DNA from: a virus | IMG/VR virus record: IMGVR_UViG_3300045993_000918 | Direction: 5' to 3' (one strand) | DNA length: 64,000 nt | Shown here: one piece after another, positions 1-11,100 of the stretch | Layout of the letters: each line of letters starts with the position of its first letter | Position numbering within the stretch: the stretch's first letter is position 1 | The notes under the pieces: generated by a model | Database searches by the model: none | Seen by the model: the letters and a program-made list of their open reading frames with translations, nothing else | What the model was told of the DNA's origin: nothing | Made by a program: the position numbers and the translations under genes

Positions 1-3000
1 TGTCCGGCTCGGGGGTGGGGGTGGAGTCGTCCCCCTTCGTCATCGACCCATCGGTGTCGACCCGGAACCCGCGGCGGTTCGCCTCCGTGATCAGGCCGTG
101 CAGCCGGACCGGCGCGAGGCCGTCCGAGCCGTCGGCGAAGAACTTCGCGTCGGGTCCGAGTTCGGAGACCAGGTTGTTGACGTGCTGCTGGAGCTCCTCG
201 TCGGTGAGTTCGCGGATCGAGGCGTCGGTGCCGCGGAGCTGGCGGGTCAAGAAGTTGCTGTCGCCCGCGAACGCCTCAGCCGTGGCCTTGTCCGGGAATA
301 CGCCGCGCCCGCCGTTCTTCGACCCGTCGTCGTTGACCGTCCAGACCTCGTAGTGTCCGAAGTTCGGGTCGCGGGGGTCGAGGATCGGGAAGGAGCGGAG
401 CTCGGTGTCACCGAACGCCTCAGCGCGGGACTTCGTGCGGGCGTCGTCGGGGCCTGACGCCTTGTAGCTCGGGGCGTCGCCGAACTCGTCGGCCTCGCCC
501 TTCGCCCGCCGGACGGCCTCCTTGAGACGCGCGGTGAGCTTCCCACTGTCGACCGCCCCGGGGTCGGTCCGGATCGTCTCGGCGGCGTACTGCGAGAGCG
601 CCCCAAAGAACTCCGCGTCGAGGTCGGAGTCCTGAACGACGTCGACGCTGTCCGCGACGTTCTCGGCCCACTCGATCGCGGCGGCTCCGCCGTCCTCGCG
701 GTTCCCCGTGTGGTCCGAGGCGAGGCCCCAGACGGTGGAGGAGAAGCTCGGGCCGAGCCGCTTTAGCCGCTCGTCGACGACGTCGGCGCGGGCACCCAGC
801 GCAGCCTCGCGGTTCTGCTGCAGGCCGCCTACGCGGTCGTCTACGTCGAGGTACTCGCGGAGCGCGTCGGTCACGGCGCGGAGGTCCTCGTTCCGGCTCT
901 CGCCGAGCCGGTCGACGATCAGCTGCAGCGCGTTGGAGTTCTGGTCTTCGAGCGCCCGCTTCCCGACGATGCTGTTGAGCTGTTCCTTCACCGCCCAACC
1001 GAGGCCGTCGATCGCCTGGTAGTCGTCGAGGTAGTCGTCCGGGTCCTCGTAGCCGAGGCCGCCAGCGATGTCCAGCATGTTCTGGTAGGCGCGAACGAGT
1101 CGAGGCTCGAACTCGCCGTCGTTCTCGGTCGGGTCGGTACCCGACTCGAGCATGCTCCGGAACTCGTCGATCCGGGCGTCGAGGTTCCCGCCCTCGGTCC
1201 AGCTCGGGGTGTCGAAGTCCTCGAGGTTCGGACGCTGCGTCAGCGTCGTACCCTCGGGGCCGGACTCGAGCAGGTCGGAGTCGGCGAAGGGGTCGCCCCC
1301 GAGGCCCATCGACGCCGCCCGGCGCTCCTTCTCGGCCTCGAGTGCGTCGAGGATCTGCCGGTCCGACCGGCCGAACGAGCCGGGAGCCTGCTTCTCGATC
1401 TGGTGGTAGGTCTGGATCTCGTTGCTGAGCCTGCTGTCGCGCAGTGTGGTGAGGTCCGTGGTGTTGAACCTGGACTGCAGCTCCTTCTGCAGCGTAGCGG
1501 AGTCCGCGGCGGACTTCTCTGCCGCCATCTGCGACTCGGTGGTCATCCCCATCTCGTTGGCGATCCTGGTCAGCTCGTCGGGGACGGGGCGACCCTTCGA
1601 CGGAGGCGGCTCGAACCCGGCCTGCTCCGCGATCCCCGCGAGCTTCTCCATCCCGGACGGACCGTTCGGGTCGGGCGTGCCCGGGAGCGCGAGCGCGTCG
1701 GGAGGAACGACGGTGGCGTCGCCGGGGCCGGAGGGATCCCCGAAGAGCCCCTCAGCGATCGAACGGGCGGCGACCACCGACTGGCCGTGCTCGGCCTCGG
1801 GGTCGCCGTCGTAGCCCTCAGCGTCCGCAGGGTCGAGGTAACCCCACGACTCCTCCTCGCGATCGAGCACCTCAGCCAGCTTTGCGCCGAGCTGGTCGCT
1901 CAGTCCGGGCTGTTCCTTCGCGGCGGCCTCGAAGTCCGAAGCGACCGTGAGCGGGACGTTGACGGCGTCGACCAGGTCCTGACCCGCGTACCCCGCCAGG
2001 ATGTCATCCGGGTCGCCGCGGAGGAACAGGTCGCCCTGAGTCGCATCGTCCCCGACGCCAGGGTCGGCGGGGGCGCCGTCCGCCTCGGGGCGGTGCGGGA
2101 GGTCGCCGTCGTTCATGTCGGCGTAGCCGTCCTGGAGGTACCCCGACATGTCGTCGGCGGCGTCGGCCATGGCCGCGGAGTCGCCGGAGCGGATCGCCGT
2201 CGCGAGCGCGTCCATCCGAGTCTTCAGGTCGCTGTCGACCCAGGGGTCCTCGGCATCCTCGACGTTCGCCTCCTGGTAACCCTGCGCCTCGCTGAAGACC
2301 GCCTTCGCGTAGTCCTCGTTCGTCTTCGGGTCGGGGTCCCCGGAGCGCCAGTCGGAGTCGATGCCCTCGTAGTCCGCGGCGTCGTAGCCAGCCAGGTCGC
2401 CACCGTCGAAGGCGTCCGGGACGGACGGCTCGACGACGTCGGGGCCGACGGCGTGGTCGTCCTCGTACGGGCCGCCGCCCATCTCGAGGTTGTCGGCTGC
2501 CTGCTTGATCAGGTCCTCGTTGTCGCTGTCGAGCTGGAGCTCGGCGAACAGGTCGCGCAGCCCGCTCCTCTCGGTGCCGCTGGCCTGGCTCATGTCCCAG
2601 TTGCTCAGCACCTCAAGCGCGTCGTCCGGCGTCAGCTGGTCAGCGGTGTAGTCAGCGATGAACCGCTTGTAGTCGGCGCCCTCGTCGGCCTGGTCCACCT
2701 GGTCCGTGAAGGCCTTGTCGCGCTCGGGATCGTCCGGGCCGCCGCCCCAGCTCGGGTCGGCCTCGCTCTGGGCCTCGTCGGGGTGCTCCTCGTCGGAGCG
2801 GAGCTTCGCGAGGTGGGAGTCGGCGGACCCGCCGTCGAGCCGGGCCTTCGCGTCCGGGGCGTTGTCGAGGTTCTTCGGCTCGACCTCGATCAGGCTGCCG
2901 TCGTCGAGCTGGACCTGCACGACGATGTGCTTGCCCACGTTGTCCCGCGAGACTCCGACGGCCGTACCCTGCTTGCTCGGCTTGGCGAACCCGGCGCCGT

Positions 3001-3265
3001 CGTAGACGTTGACCCGGCCGCCGTTCTCGATGAACTGGCCGTCGCGACCGCGCGGGTGCAGCGCCTCGCTCCAGGCGGTCTTGATGCCCCTGACGACCTT
3101 GTCCCCGGCCCCGGCCGTGAGGCCCCAGCCCTCCGGGATCTGAGCCTCGGCGCCGAACGCCCGCGCCCTCCGGGTGACGTACCACCGGCTCTTCGGGTTC
3201 CGGTCCGCGTAGCGGATCGCCCCGTCCAGGTCAGCTGCCGAGGCCACAACGGGCACAGTGGACAT
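1..3265 (-). CDS. large acidic virion-associated protein, C-terminus runs off left edge (>1088 aa)
   Basis: Absent from track because no stop lies in the window. Hand translation of the minus strand is open from ATG 3265 (SD GGAGATGGAGA) to base 2 with high GC3: MSTVPVVASAADLDG... Asp/Glu-rich. Carries WSEALHPRGRDGQFIE module shared with 5150..12055. Confidence 0.75.
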   Translation of the reverse strand, partial: MSTVPVVASAADLDGAIRYADRNPKSRWYVTRRARAFGAEAQIPEGWGLTAGAGDKVVRGIKTAWSEALHPRGRDGQFIENGGRVNVYDGAGFAKPSKQGTAVGVSRDNVGKHIVVQVQLDDGSLIEVEPKNLDNAPDAKARLDGGSADSHLAKLRSDEEHPDEAQSEADPSWGGGPDDPERDKAFTDQVDQADEGADYKRFIADYTADQLTPDDALEVLSNWDMSQASGTERSGLRDLFAELQLDSDNEDLIKQAADNLEMGGGPYEDDHAVGPDVVEPSVPDAFDGGDLAGYDAADYEGIDSDWRSGDPDPKTNEDYAKAVFSEAQGYQEANVEDAEDPWVDSDLKTRMDALATAIRSGDSAAMADAADDMSGYLQDGYADMNDGDLPHRPEADGAPADPGVGDDATQGDLFLRGDPDDILAGYAGQDLVDAVNVPLTVASDFEAAAKEQPGLSDQLGAKLAEVLDREEESWGYLDPADAEGYDGDPEAEHGQSVVAARSIAEGLFGDPSGPGDATVVPPDALALPGTPDPNGPSGMEKLAGIAEQAGFEPPPSKGRPVPDELTRIANEMGMTTESQMAAEKSAADSATLQKELQSRFNTTDLTTLRDSRLSNEIQTYHQIEKQAPGSFGRSDRQILDALEAEKERRAASMGLGGDPFADSDLLESGPEGTTLTQRPNLEDFDTPSWTEGGNLDARIDEFRSMLESGTDPTENDGEFEPRLVRAYQNMLDIAGGLGYEDPDDYLDDYQAIDGLGWAVKEQLNSIVGKRALEDQNSNALQLIVDRLGESRNEDLRAVTDALREYLDVDDRVGGLQQNREAALGARADVVDERLKRLGPSFSSTVWGLASDHTGNREDGGAAAIEWAENVADSVDVVQDSDLDAEFFGALSQYAAETIRTDPGAVDSGKLTARLKEAVRRAKGEADEFGDAPSYKASGPDDARTKSRAEAFGDTELRSFPILDPRDPNFGHYEVWTVNDDGSKNGGRGVFPDKATAEAFAGDSNFLTRQLRGTDASIRELTDEELQQHVNNLVSELGPDAKFFADGSDGLAPVRLHGLITEANRRGFRVDTDGSMTKGDDSTPTPEPD

Positions 3266-3336
3266 CCGTATCTCCATCTCCGACGCCCTTGGCGGGGTTC
3301 GAGCTCGAGTTTATCAGACTTGAGGACAGCGAGGTA

Positions 3337-3972
3337 TCAGGACGCGTTCGCACCCCACCTCGCCTGGGCGCGCTCAAGGGCCCATGACCCGGGGCGCAGG
3401 TCGAGGGCCGCGGAGCGCTCCTTCAGGTCCTCGGGGACCTTCGCGGGCCATCTGGTCGCGAGCTCCTGCAGAGACTCGTCGTCACCCGTTCGTGCGGCCT
3501 TGAGCAGCATGCTCGTGAGCCGGGCGTCGTGCCCCATCCGGAACCGGCCGCCCTTCGTCGGCTCGCCGCAGCACTCGCAGCGTCCGGCCTTCCTCGAGGC
3601 GGTCGGCGTGCGGAAGGCGTCGGTGCCGACCGCCGAGTCGGCCTTCCGCTTCGCGTTCTGGGCCACGAGCTCGGACGCGGACTTCCCGGTCCACGCCTGC
3701 GGTGGGGTCTGCCCGTGATTGTAGCCCGCCAGGATCGCGGCGGCGCAGTTCGCCCGGTCGTGGCACTCGCCGTTCGAGTCGACCTCGTCCGGGCGTCGCG
3801 CCCGGCCGCACTGGTTGCAGCGCGCTCCGCGACTGTAGTCGCAGCCGCAGCCGCAGCGACCGGGCGCCTCGCACTCGGCGTGCGCGTCGACGGGCCGGAC
3901 CGCGGCGCTGATCCTGCCCTCCGCGAGCAGCCTAGCTGTCACGCAGGAGGAGCACACGACCGCGGCGGTCAT
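3337..3972 (-). CDS. Cys-rich hypothetical protein (211 aa)
   Basis: Track ORF with ATGA overlap to upstream stop. Motif CECCGEPTKGGRFRMGHDARL is paralogous to CGCAITPKGKNATFGMGHDIRL of the next gene. Confidence 0.7.
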   Translation of the reverse strand: MTAAVVCSSCVTARLLAEGRISAAVRPVDAHAECEAPGRCGCGCDYSRGARCNQCGRARRPDEVDSNGECHDRANCAAAILAGYNHGQTPPQAWTGKSASELVAQNAKRKADSAVGTDAFRTPTASRKAGRCECCGEPTKGGRFRMGHDARLTSMLLKAARTGDDESLQELATRWPAKVPEDLKERSAALDLRPGSWALERAQARWGANAS

Positions 3973-4736
3973 GAGACCTTCGCCAGCTTGCCATCAGCGG
4001 TCTTGCGGACGACGTGGACGACGCCCTTCGCGTCGCTGTACTCGAACTCGATCTCAGCGCCCTTCTTGTAGATCGCGACGACGCGACCGTCGTAGGACCA
4101 GCGCCCGATCTTGAGCAGCTCGCGGTCGCCGACCATCGGGCCGGTAGCTGCGGCGAGCACGGCCTTGTCGGCGTGCTTCCCGCGGTTCGCGATCCGGTCG
4201 ACGCCCGCAGCGACCGACGCCGACCAGTCGAGCTTGTCGGTGCTGTAGAAGGCGGCGAAGTCGATCGGATCGTGCTGACGGTGCGAGTCGTTGGCCGGGT
4301 CGACTTCGACGACCTTCGCTCCGGCCGCGGCGGCGCGGATCAGCTTCCCGCGCAGGCGGATGTCGTGGCCCATGCCGAAGGTGGCGTTCTTCCCCTTCGG
4401 CGTAATGGCGCAGCCACACGGGCAGTCGCCGGGAGTGATCGCGAGGATCAGGGCGGACGGGTACTGCTCACGCAGCGACCCGACGCGGTAGTCGACCGAG
4501 CTGTCGTCGATCGGCGCGTACTTGCCGGGGGTCCATCGGTTCATCTTGATTCTCCTCGTCGGGCGGCCCGTGGTTGAGCCGCAGTCTGTGTCCTGGTCGT
4601 CCTGGTCGTGCTGCGCTTCGCACCCGGGGAGGCACCCCGGCCGTGTGCACGGAAGCGTCCGGCCCTCGCTGATCCACTCGACGGGGATCAGGACCTCGGT
4701 GGCCTCGCACCAGCATGTCGCGGTGACTTGTCGCAT
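3969..4736 (-). CDS. hypothetical protein (255 aa) with Cys cluster and GMGHDxRL motif
   Basis: Track ORF. SD TGAGAGGAG upstream of ATG 4736. First gene behind promoter 4783..4812. Confidence 0.75.
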   Translation of the reverse strand: MRQVTATCWCEATEVLIPVEWISEGRTLPCTRPGCLPGCEAQHDQDDQDTDCGSTTGRPTRRIKMNRWTPGKYAPIDDSSVDYRVGSLREQYPSALILAITPGDCPCGCAITPKGKNATFGMGHDIRLRGKLIRAAAAGAKVVEVDPANDSHRQHDPIDFAAFYSTDKLDWSASVAAGVDRIANRGKHADKAVLAAATGPMVGDRELLKIGRWSYDGRVVAIYKKGAEIEFEYSDAKGVVHVVRKTADGKLAKVS

Positions 4737-4782
4737 GTCAGCCGACTCCTCTCAGAAGACGGGGTGGCCCGTCCTGGAGTCA

Positions 4783-4812
4783 AGTAAACCACACCGGGTG
4801 TCTCAAAGGCAA
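4783..4812 (-). promoter_or_regulatory. promoter: -35 TTGCCT, 18-nt spacer, TGG-TTTACT
   Basis: Minus strand CTTGCCTTTGAGACACCCGGTGTGGTTTACT, then hairpin leader and CTGAGAGGAG SD. Confidence 0.5.
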
Positions 4813-4869
4813 GACGGAGACAAAAGTCGCGCCCCGACCGCGAGACCAGTGGCGCGAGCGTCAGGTGGC

Positions 4870-5148
4870 TCAGTGGATGGCGACGCCGGGGCCCTCCGGC
4901 GGGGCGGGCTCGCTCTCCGCGACGAAGCCCGGGATCGACGCGACGACAGCGGCCAGCGTCTCGGGGTCGTCGACCGAGACGGCTCGCTGCTCGCCAGACG
5001 GTGCGGCTCCGACGTAGACTAGCTCGCCATACGCCAGCGCCACCTCGATCTCGACCCACAGCGGGCCGGTCGCGACGTACCGGCCGGGCCTCGCGAACAG
5101 GAACTCGCGCTGCCCACCGACCGTGCCGACCAGGACAACATCCGTCAT
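4870..5148 (-). CDS. hypothetical protein (92 aa)
   Basis: Track ORF. ATG 2 nt after the stop of the giant gene. Non-Arg-rich composition. Confidence 0.6.
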   Translation of the reverse strand: MTDVVLVGTVGGQREFLFARPGRYVATGPLWVEIEVALAYGELVYVGAAPSGEQRAVSVDDPETLAAVVASIPGFVAESEPAPPEGPGVAIH

Positions 5149-5149
5149 C

Positions 5150-8100
5150 TCACACCGCCTTCAGCTTTGCACCCGGAGTGCCAGGCTTGAGACCGCGTCG
5201 GACGGCCGAGTGCTCCTGGGCGAGCAGCACAATCCCGAGGTACCAGGCGCGCATCCACTTGGCCCGGTCGCGAGTCGCCTGCTCCGAGACCGGAGACACA
5301 TCGGACCGGTCGCCGAGCACGGCCTCGGACGTCATCGTCAGCAGCTCGTAGCTCGCGGTGTGCGATCCGATCTTGTCGTCGGCCCAGCTGCCCGGCGCGT
5401 ACACCTTCCCGACGTACGGACTGTAGAACTCGTCGCGGAAGGCGATCTCGTACTTGCTGTAGCCGTCGCCCGGCAGGATCGTCGCCAGCTTGGTCTTCCG
5501 GTACTTGAACAGCTCCTTCGCAGTGCCCTTCTTGACCTTCCGTTCGCCCGGCTTCCCGCGGTAGCACGAGTCGGTCATCGCAGCCCACTCGAGCCGCTTC
5601 ACCCACGCAGCATTGTTCTCGACTGCGTGGTGTTCCTCGTGGATCACCGTCGAGACGGCTTCGTGGTCGCTCGGGAGGCTCAGCTCCGCGGTGCCGCGCG
5701 AGCCGCGGCGAGCGGCCCGCACCGTCACCTTGTGGCCGTCGCCCCAGGCCGTCTCGACCATGGCGGTCGGCATCTGGCGCAGGCCTTCCTTGATCCCGCG
5801 GGCCTGCACCCGGTCCGTGCTTTCGAGCGTGACCGGAGCCTCGTGCCAGGCGTAGCTCGGAAGGCGGTCGGCTGACGTTCCGTCGCTGTACTCGAAGTGC
5901 CAGGATCCATCGGACTCCTGGCGCACGACCGTGACCGTGACCGCGCGCTTGAACTTCGTCGGCCGGTTCCGGTCGCCGCCCGAGGAGACGAGGGTGCCGA
6001 CCTTGAGCTGGCTCGGGGAGACCCACGACCGATCGGTGTCCCAGACGTACGGCGCGTCGATCTCTTCGGGCGCCCCGAACGGCACACCCAGGCGCTGCAG
6101 CAGCTCGACGTAGATCGCCTTCCGGCGCTCGAAGTACAGTCGACGCTCGTTCCCGAGCGGGTTCCCGGTGCGTGACTTGAGCGTCTGCTCGAGCCGCTCC
6201 GCCCAGGCAGCGAGCTCGGGCCCCACGGCTGCGTCGTAGTCGCGCTCCCAGTCAGAGTCGATGTAGTTCTCGTGGTAGACGTGGTCGGTCCGGTCGAGCC
6301 AGGCCATGATGTAGTCGCGCCGGTTGGTCACGCCGCGGCTCTTCAGCACGTCGGCTGCGGCCTCGTCGAACGCCTGCCACTTCGCGTCGTCGAAGTCCGC
6401 CAGCAGCTGCCGGTACTTCTTGACCTCGGTCGCGTCGGGGAAGATCTTCGCGGCGTCGAGCCCTTCGGCGGCGAGCTGCGCATCGACCTCGTCCTCGAGC
6501 GCCTGGCCCATCGCGACGACGGCCTCGAGCTGCGCGACCGTCGTCTCGCCCGGGCCACCGTCCGGCATGTAGTCGACCTGCTGGATCGAGTTCTGACCAC
6601 GCTCGAGGCGCTTCTTGAGCATCAGACGGTTGCCCTCGAGCGCGTCCCGCGCTCGGTACCGGAAGTCAGCCGCCTCCTCCGCCTGCCTGCTCATCGAGAC
6701 GGAGAGGTAGTAGTCGTCGGTGTTGGTGTGACTCCAGTAGTACGGCGACGCGTAGTTCCTGACTCGCGAGAGGAAGGCCGGATCGAACTCGTTGGCCGGG
6801 TCGAGAACCGAAGCCGGAGGCTCGACCAGCGTGATGTCCTCCGGGTCCTTCATCCCGGCGTGCTGGATCGCCTCGTACCACACGGCCAGCGCGTTGCGGC
6901 GACGCTCGTAGAACTCCGCGAGGTTCTTCTTCTTGACGTAGCCCGCGTCGGTCTCAGGGGTCCACGACCCGTCCGCGAGGGCTCGGGCGTTCGCGGCCTT
7001 CTCGGTCGAGTCGGCGGCGTTCTTGCGCAGCCTCCGCGCCCGCTTCACCGGATCCCAGTTCTCCAGCGTCTCATCGCGCAGGTTCGACTTCCCAGGGACG
7101 CCGAACGTCTCGTAGGAACCGACGCGCATGACGTACTGGAACCCGTCAGTCGTGCGCTTCCCAAGCACCCGCACTGTGCTCTTCGGGGGCGGCACGTCCT
7201 CGCTGCTGGGGTGGTCCCAGTCGTTGACGAACCCACCTGGCTCGGCGGCCCGACGCTCATACTCCGCCCGGACAGCATCGACCCAGTCCTCCCAGGCCTT
7301 CGCCTCGGCCAGGTGGGCCGTGGCCTCGCGCTCGTAGCGCCCGACCATCGCGTCCTGCTCCGGGTCCCGGTCGCCCGTCGTCAGTCCGATCTCGCTCGGG
7401 TCGTCCGGGAGCTTCTCGCGTGCCCGCGCCACGCGTGCGTGCGCACGCTCGACCGCTTCCGGGCTGAGCACGGGGAGGAACCCAGTGACCGGATCGGCGG
7501 TCAGCCCCATCTGCTCTGGAGAGATCGCGTCGGCCGGGCCGGACCGCCCTCCGGCCTCACCTTCGGAGAATATCGGGCGGTAGTCCTCGAACCGGAGCGA
7601 GCCGTCGGGGTTCTGGTGGTTCGAGACGTCGTCATCCCAGTTCTGGTTCGTGGTATAGAGCGTCTTCCCCGAGCTGAGCTTGACTTCGGGGTGTGCCCGG
7701 CTCTCGTAGGTGAAGTGGTGCTCACCGACGGCCTCGAAGTCCGCGAACTTTGGCGGAGCGTCGACATGCCCGACCCACCGGGCGAAGTGCAGGTCACCGT
7801 CGACGTCGACGGTCACCATCGCGGTGCGCGACTTCTCCGACGTACGCTTGAAGTCCCAGGGTCCCTCAGCCCCGACCTCCATCGGCGCTGCGGTCACGAG
7901 GATGTGGTTCGCGTCGACGACCTCCGCGGCCTCGATCCAGTAGATGTGGTTCGCGTCGTCGTTCGGGAGCAGCTGGCGCCCTCCGTCACTGACGTGCAGC
8001 GTCCCGCCGTCCTGCGTGATCGCGCTGGAGTGGACCATCCCGTTGTTCCCGCTGAATGTGTCGCCGTAGAGCCAGACGGAGCGGTCCCCGGGGAGGTCGA

Positions 8101-11100
8101 TCGAGAGCGAGACATCGGCGGCGCCCCACTCCGCGGTCGGGACCTTCGACCACATCGCCGCGAACCCAGCCGCACTAGTCGGAGCGGCCACCCGCGCCTT
8201 GGCCGGGACGGAGACGTGCGGTGTCTCCTGCGCCGAGATGCTAGTCTGCGGGAGCGGCGGCGCGATGGCGTCGGGGGAGTCGGCGTCAGCGTCGTCACCG
8301 TCGAGCATCGAGATCCCGACGCCAGACAGCGCAAGCGCTGCGGCTCCGCTCGCGACCAGCTTCCGGATCAGCGAGGTGCGCATCCAGTTGTGACTGTGCA
8401 CCTGCCGGGTATCCAGCGACCTGGTCTTCGCCAGGATCTCCTCGGCGGTCGGGACGACCTCCAGGACCTCGTGCACCTCGTCCGCGTCGTACGGCAGGAC
8501 GTGGTCCCCGACCCTGATCTCGGACGCGGGCGAGCTCGCGTAGTGCCGCGGCGCCCAGCTCGAGCCTTCCCACCGGTCCGACTCGTCCACGGACGGCGCG
8601 GGGCCGGACGGCGCGGGGCCGGACGGCGCGTCGCGGCGCTCCCGGCCGCCCCCTCGCACGTGGTAACCCTCGTCGATCGACTCGGCGCTGACGGAGCCCG
8701 CCGAGCCACCCGCCGACGGACGCCACCGGCCGTCTTCGAGCTTCGTGTAGAACTGACGGCCGGGTCGCTCAACGATCGTACCAGGCGAGAGCGCGTCGAG
8801 CTCTCCGAGGCTCAGCCCCTCCTTCGGGTCGAAAGGTGTAGCAGTGTACGAGCCGTCGTCGTTGATCCACCCGGCGAACGGGTCGTCGACGCGGTTCTTC
8901 TTGGTCTTCTTCCGGTGGCTCGCGACCATCCCGGCGCGCACCTCGTCCGGGTCGACCCCACGCTTCTCAGCGATCGCAGCGACGACGATCTCCATCGCCT
9001 CCCAGCTCGCGCGCTTCTGCGAGTCGGGCTTGTAGCTCCAACCGATGTAGTCCGCGGCGCCGCTCCACCAGTTCAGCGCGGCGCGCTCGGTGCGGAACGT
9101 CTCGCGGATCCCGCCGTCGTTGATCACCAGCGGCTCGCCCGTGGCCGTCGGCGCGTTGGCCTTCGCCTGCGCCTCACGCTCGAGCTTCGCTTGCGCCCGG
9201 AGTTCGCGGTCCTCCGCGGCCTTCCGCTCGTCGGGGGAGAAGATCCTGGTCTTCCGGTTCAGCGCGCTGACCGGTGCGGTCGGGTAGCACGTCGTGCAGG
9301 CCCTCTCACCAGCGTCACCGACGATCCGGTCCTCCTTCTCGTCGGCATACTCCGGCAGCCAGATGAACTCAGTGCCGCCCGACCAGGTCCCGTCGGGGCG
9401 GTACTGCCCGGGGCGGCAGGTCGAGCACTCCCGGCTCTTGTGTACGTGCCCCCCGCCGGAGGACGTCACGAGGAAGGCGCGCGTCCACCTGCCGCGGCGG
9501 TGGAACTCGCCCCTGTAGACCTCTTCGGCGGCTACCGCGACGCGACGCCTCTCCTGCAGCGCGTCGTACCGGGTACGCAGGTCGACGGTCCCGTACTCCT
9601 GAGTGGTGTAGTTGTACTCCTGCTTCGGCTCGTAGGCCGCGAGCACGTCAGCGAACGGCATCGCGTACAGGCGGTCATCCTCGCGCCACTTCGGCTTCTC
9701 ACCGGCCTTCTCGGTCCCGCCCGGCGTCGCGCGCCGGATCTGGTCCTGCAGTCGCGCAACCTCAGTCGCGACCTCGTACTGCTCGACCCAGGTCTGCTCG
9801 GTGTTGACGTCGATCTGCTTCGGTGAGAGGTCCTGGATCGCCGCGACGTCCGGATGCAGCCAGTCCTCGGTGAGTGCGGGTCGGACCGGCGGAGGGGTGT
9901 CTACGGGGTCGGAGACCTCCAGCGGAGGCGGAGGGACGGGCGCAGGCTCCGGGTCCACCGCAACCGGACCCGGAGGCGTCTTCTGGTCTACGTACGCAGC
10001 GCCGCGGTGATCGGTGGCGCTGAGCGCGTCGCGGATGGCATCGGCGCGACTGCGGAACCCGAACCGCTCACGCTGCGTACCGGGGAGCACGCCGGGCTCC
10101 GGGGCCCACGACCAGAGCGTCGCGTCCTTCCGGCTGCTCACGATCCGGCCGGAGCCTGGGCTCTTCTTGTCGATGTACCCCTCGTACGACTTGACACGGC
10201 CGAGCTTGGTTCCGTCCGGGGCGTACACACCGTAGGCCTTGCCGTCCCCCGAGCCGCTCTCGAGGACGACGGCGAACGTCTCCGGTGCGACGGGCCCCGG
10301 GTTCGGTGCGATGGGCCTCGGGAGGCCTTCGTCGGCCTTCTCGGGGGCGACGTCGCCGCGGAGCAGAGCGGCCTTCCGCTGCAGCGCCCGCAGCTGCTCC
10401 TCACGGTCGAGCTGGTAACCAGCAGCGACAGCCCGCCGCACAGCATCGGTCAGGCTGTTCGTGTCGATCGTGTCCTGAGCGCCGATAAGGGCGACGCGAA
10501 GGTCCTCGTCGTCTCCGGCGGACACGGCGTAACGCAACCCGCCCCTGCGGGAGTAGTAAGTGTGGACGACGGCGCGGGTCTGCCGGTCGCCGACGTACAC
10601 GTCGAACGTGCTGGCGTACTGGGCGACCGCCCCGGTATCGGGTCGGACCCACACGGCCTCGCCATTTGAACCGTCCACGCCCTCGATCGGGACAGACCAA
10701 CGCCCATCGGAATCCTGCCGCGCCTGGGACGGCGGGGTCAGCCCGACGCCGATGGGCTTCTCGACCACCGGAGGCGGAAGCTCCGCGGGGTCGGCCGCCT
10801 CGACGGGCTCCGATCCGCCCCTCGCCTCCTTCAGCGCGGCGTCCCGGGCGTCCGACATGTCGGTCATGCCGGTGACGGCCATGTAGCGCTGGACAGCCGC
10901 GTTGCGGGTGTCCCGCTTCTTCATCTTCTCCCGGTCGCCCTTGGGGGACGCCTGCCAGGTCGCCTCGGCCTCCGCGACCGCCGCGGCGGCCGAAGCGCGG
11001 TCGGCGCCGGGCTCCGGTACGTTCGGGGCGGGGTCGGGCTTCGGCGTCGGTGGGATGACCGCCTTCTTCCTCGGGGTCGGGTTCGTGCCGCGCTTCGTCA

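Noticed and set aside
1403-3718. 771-aa plus-strand ORF (and 420..998, 2652..3185, 2890..3249 on the minus strand)
   Set aside because: Arg/Gly/Val/Pro-dominated low-complexity translation typical of off-frame or antisense reading of high-GC coding DNA. The real gene is the minus-strand frame open from 3265 to the window edge.
6272-9826. 1184-aa plus-strand ORF antisense to the giant gene
   Set aside because: It has the same Arg/Leu/Val/Gly-rich shadow composition, no motifs and no SD. It lies entirely inside a motif-bearing minus-strand gene.
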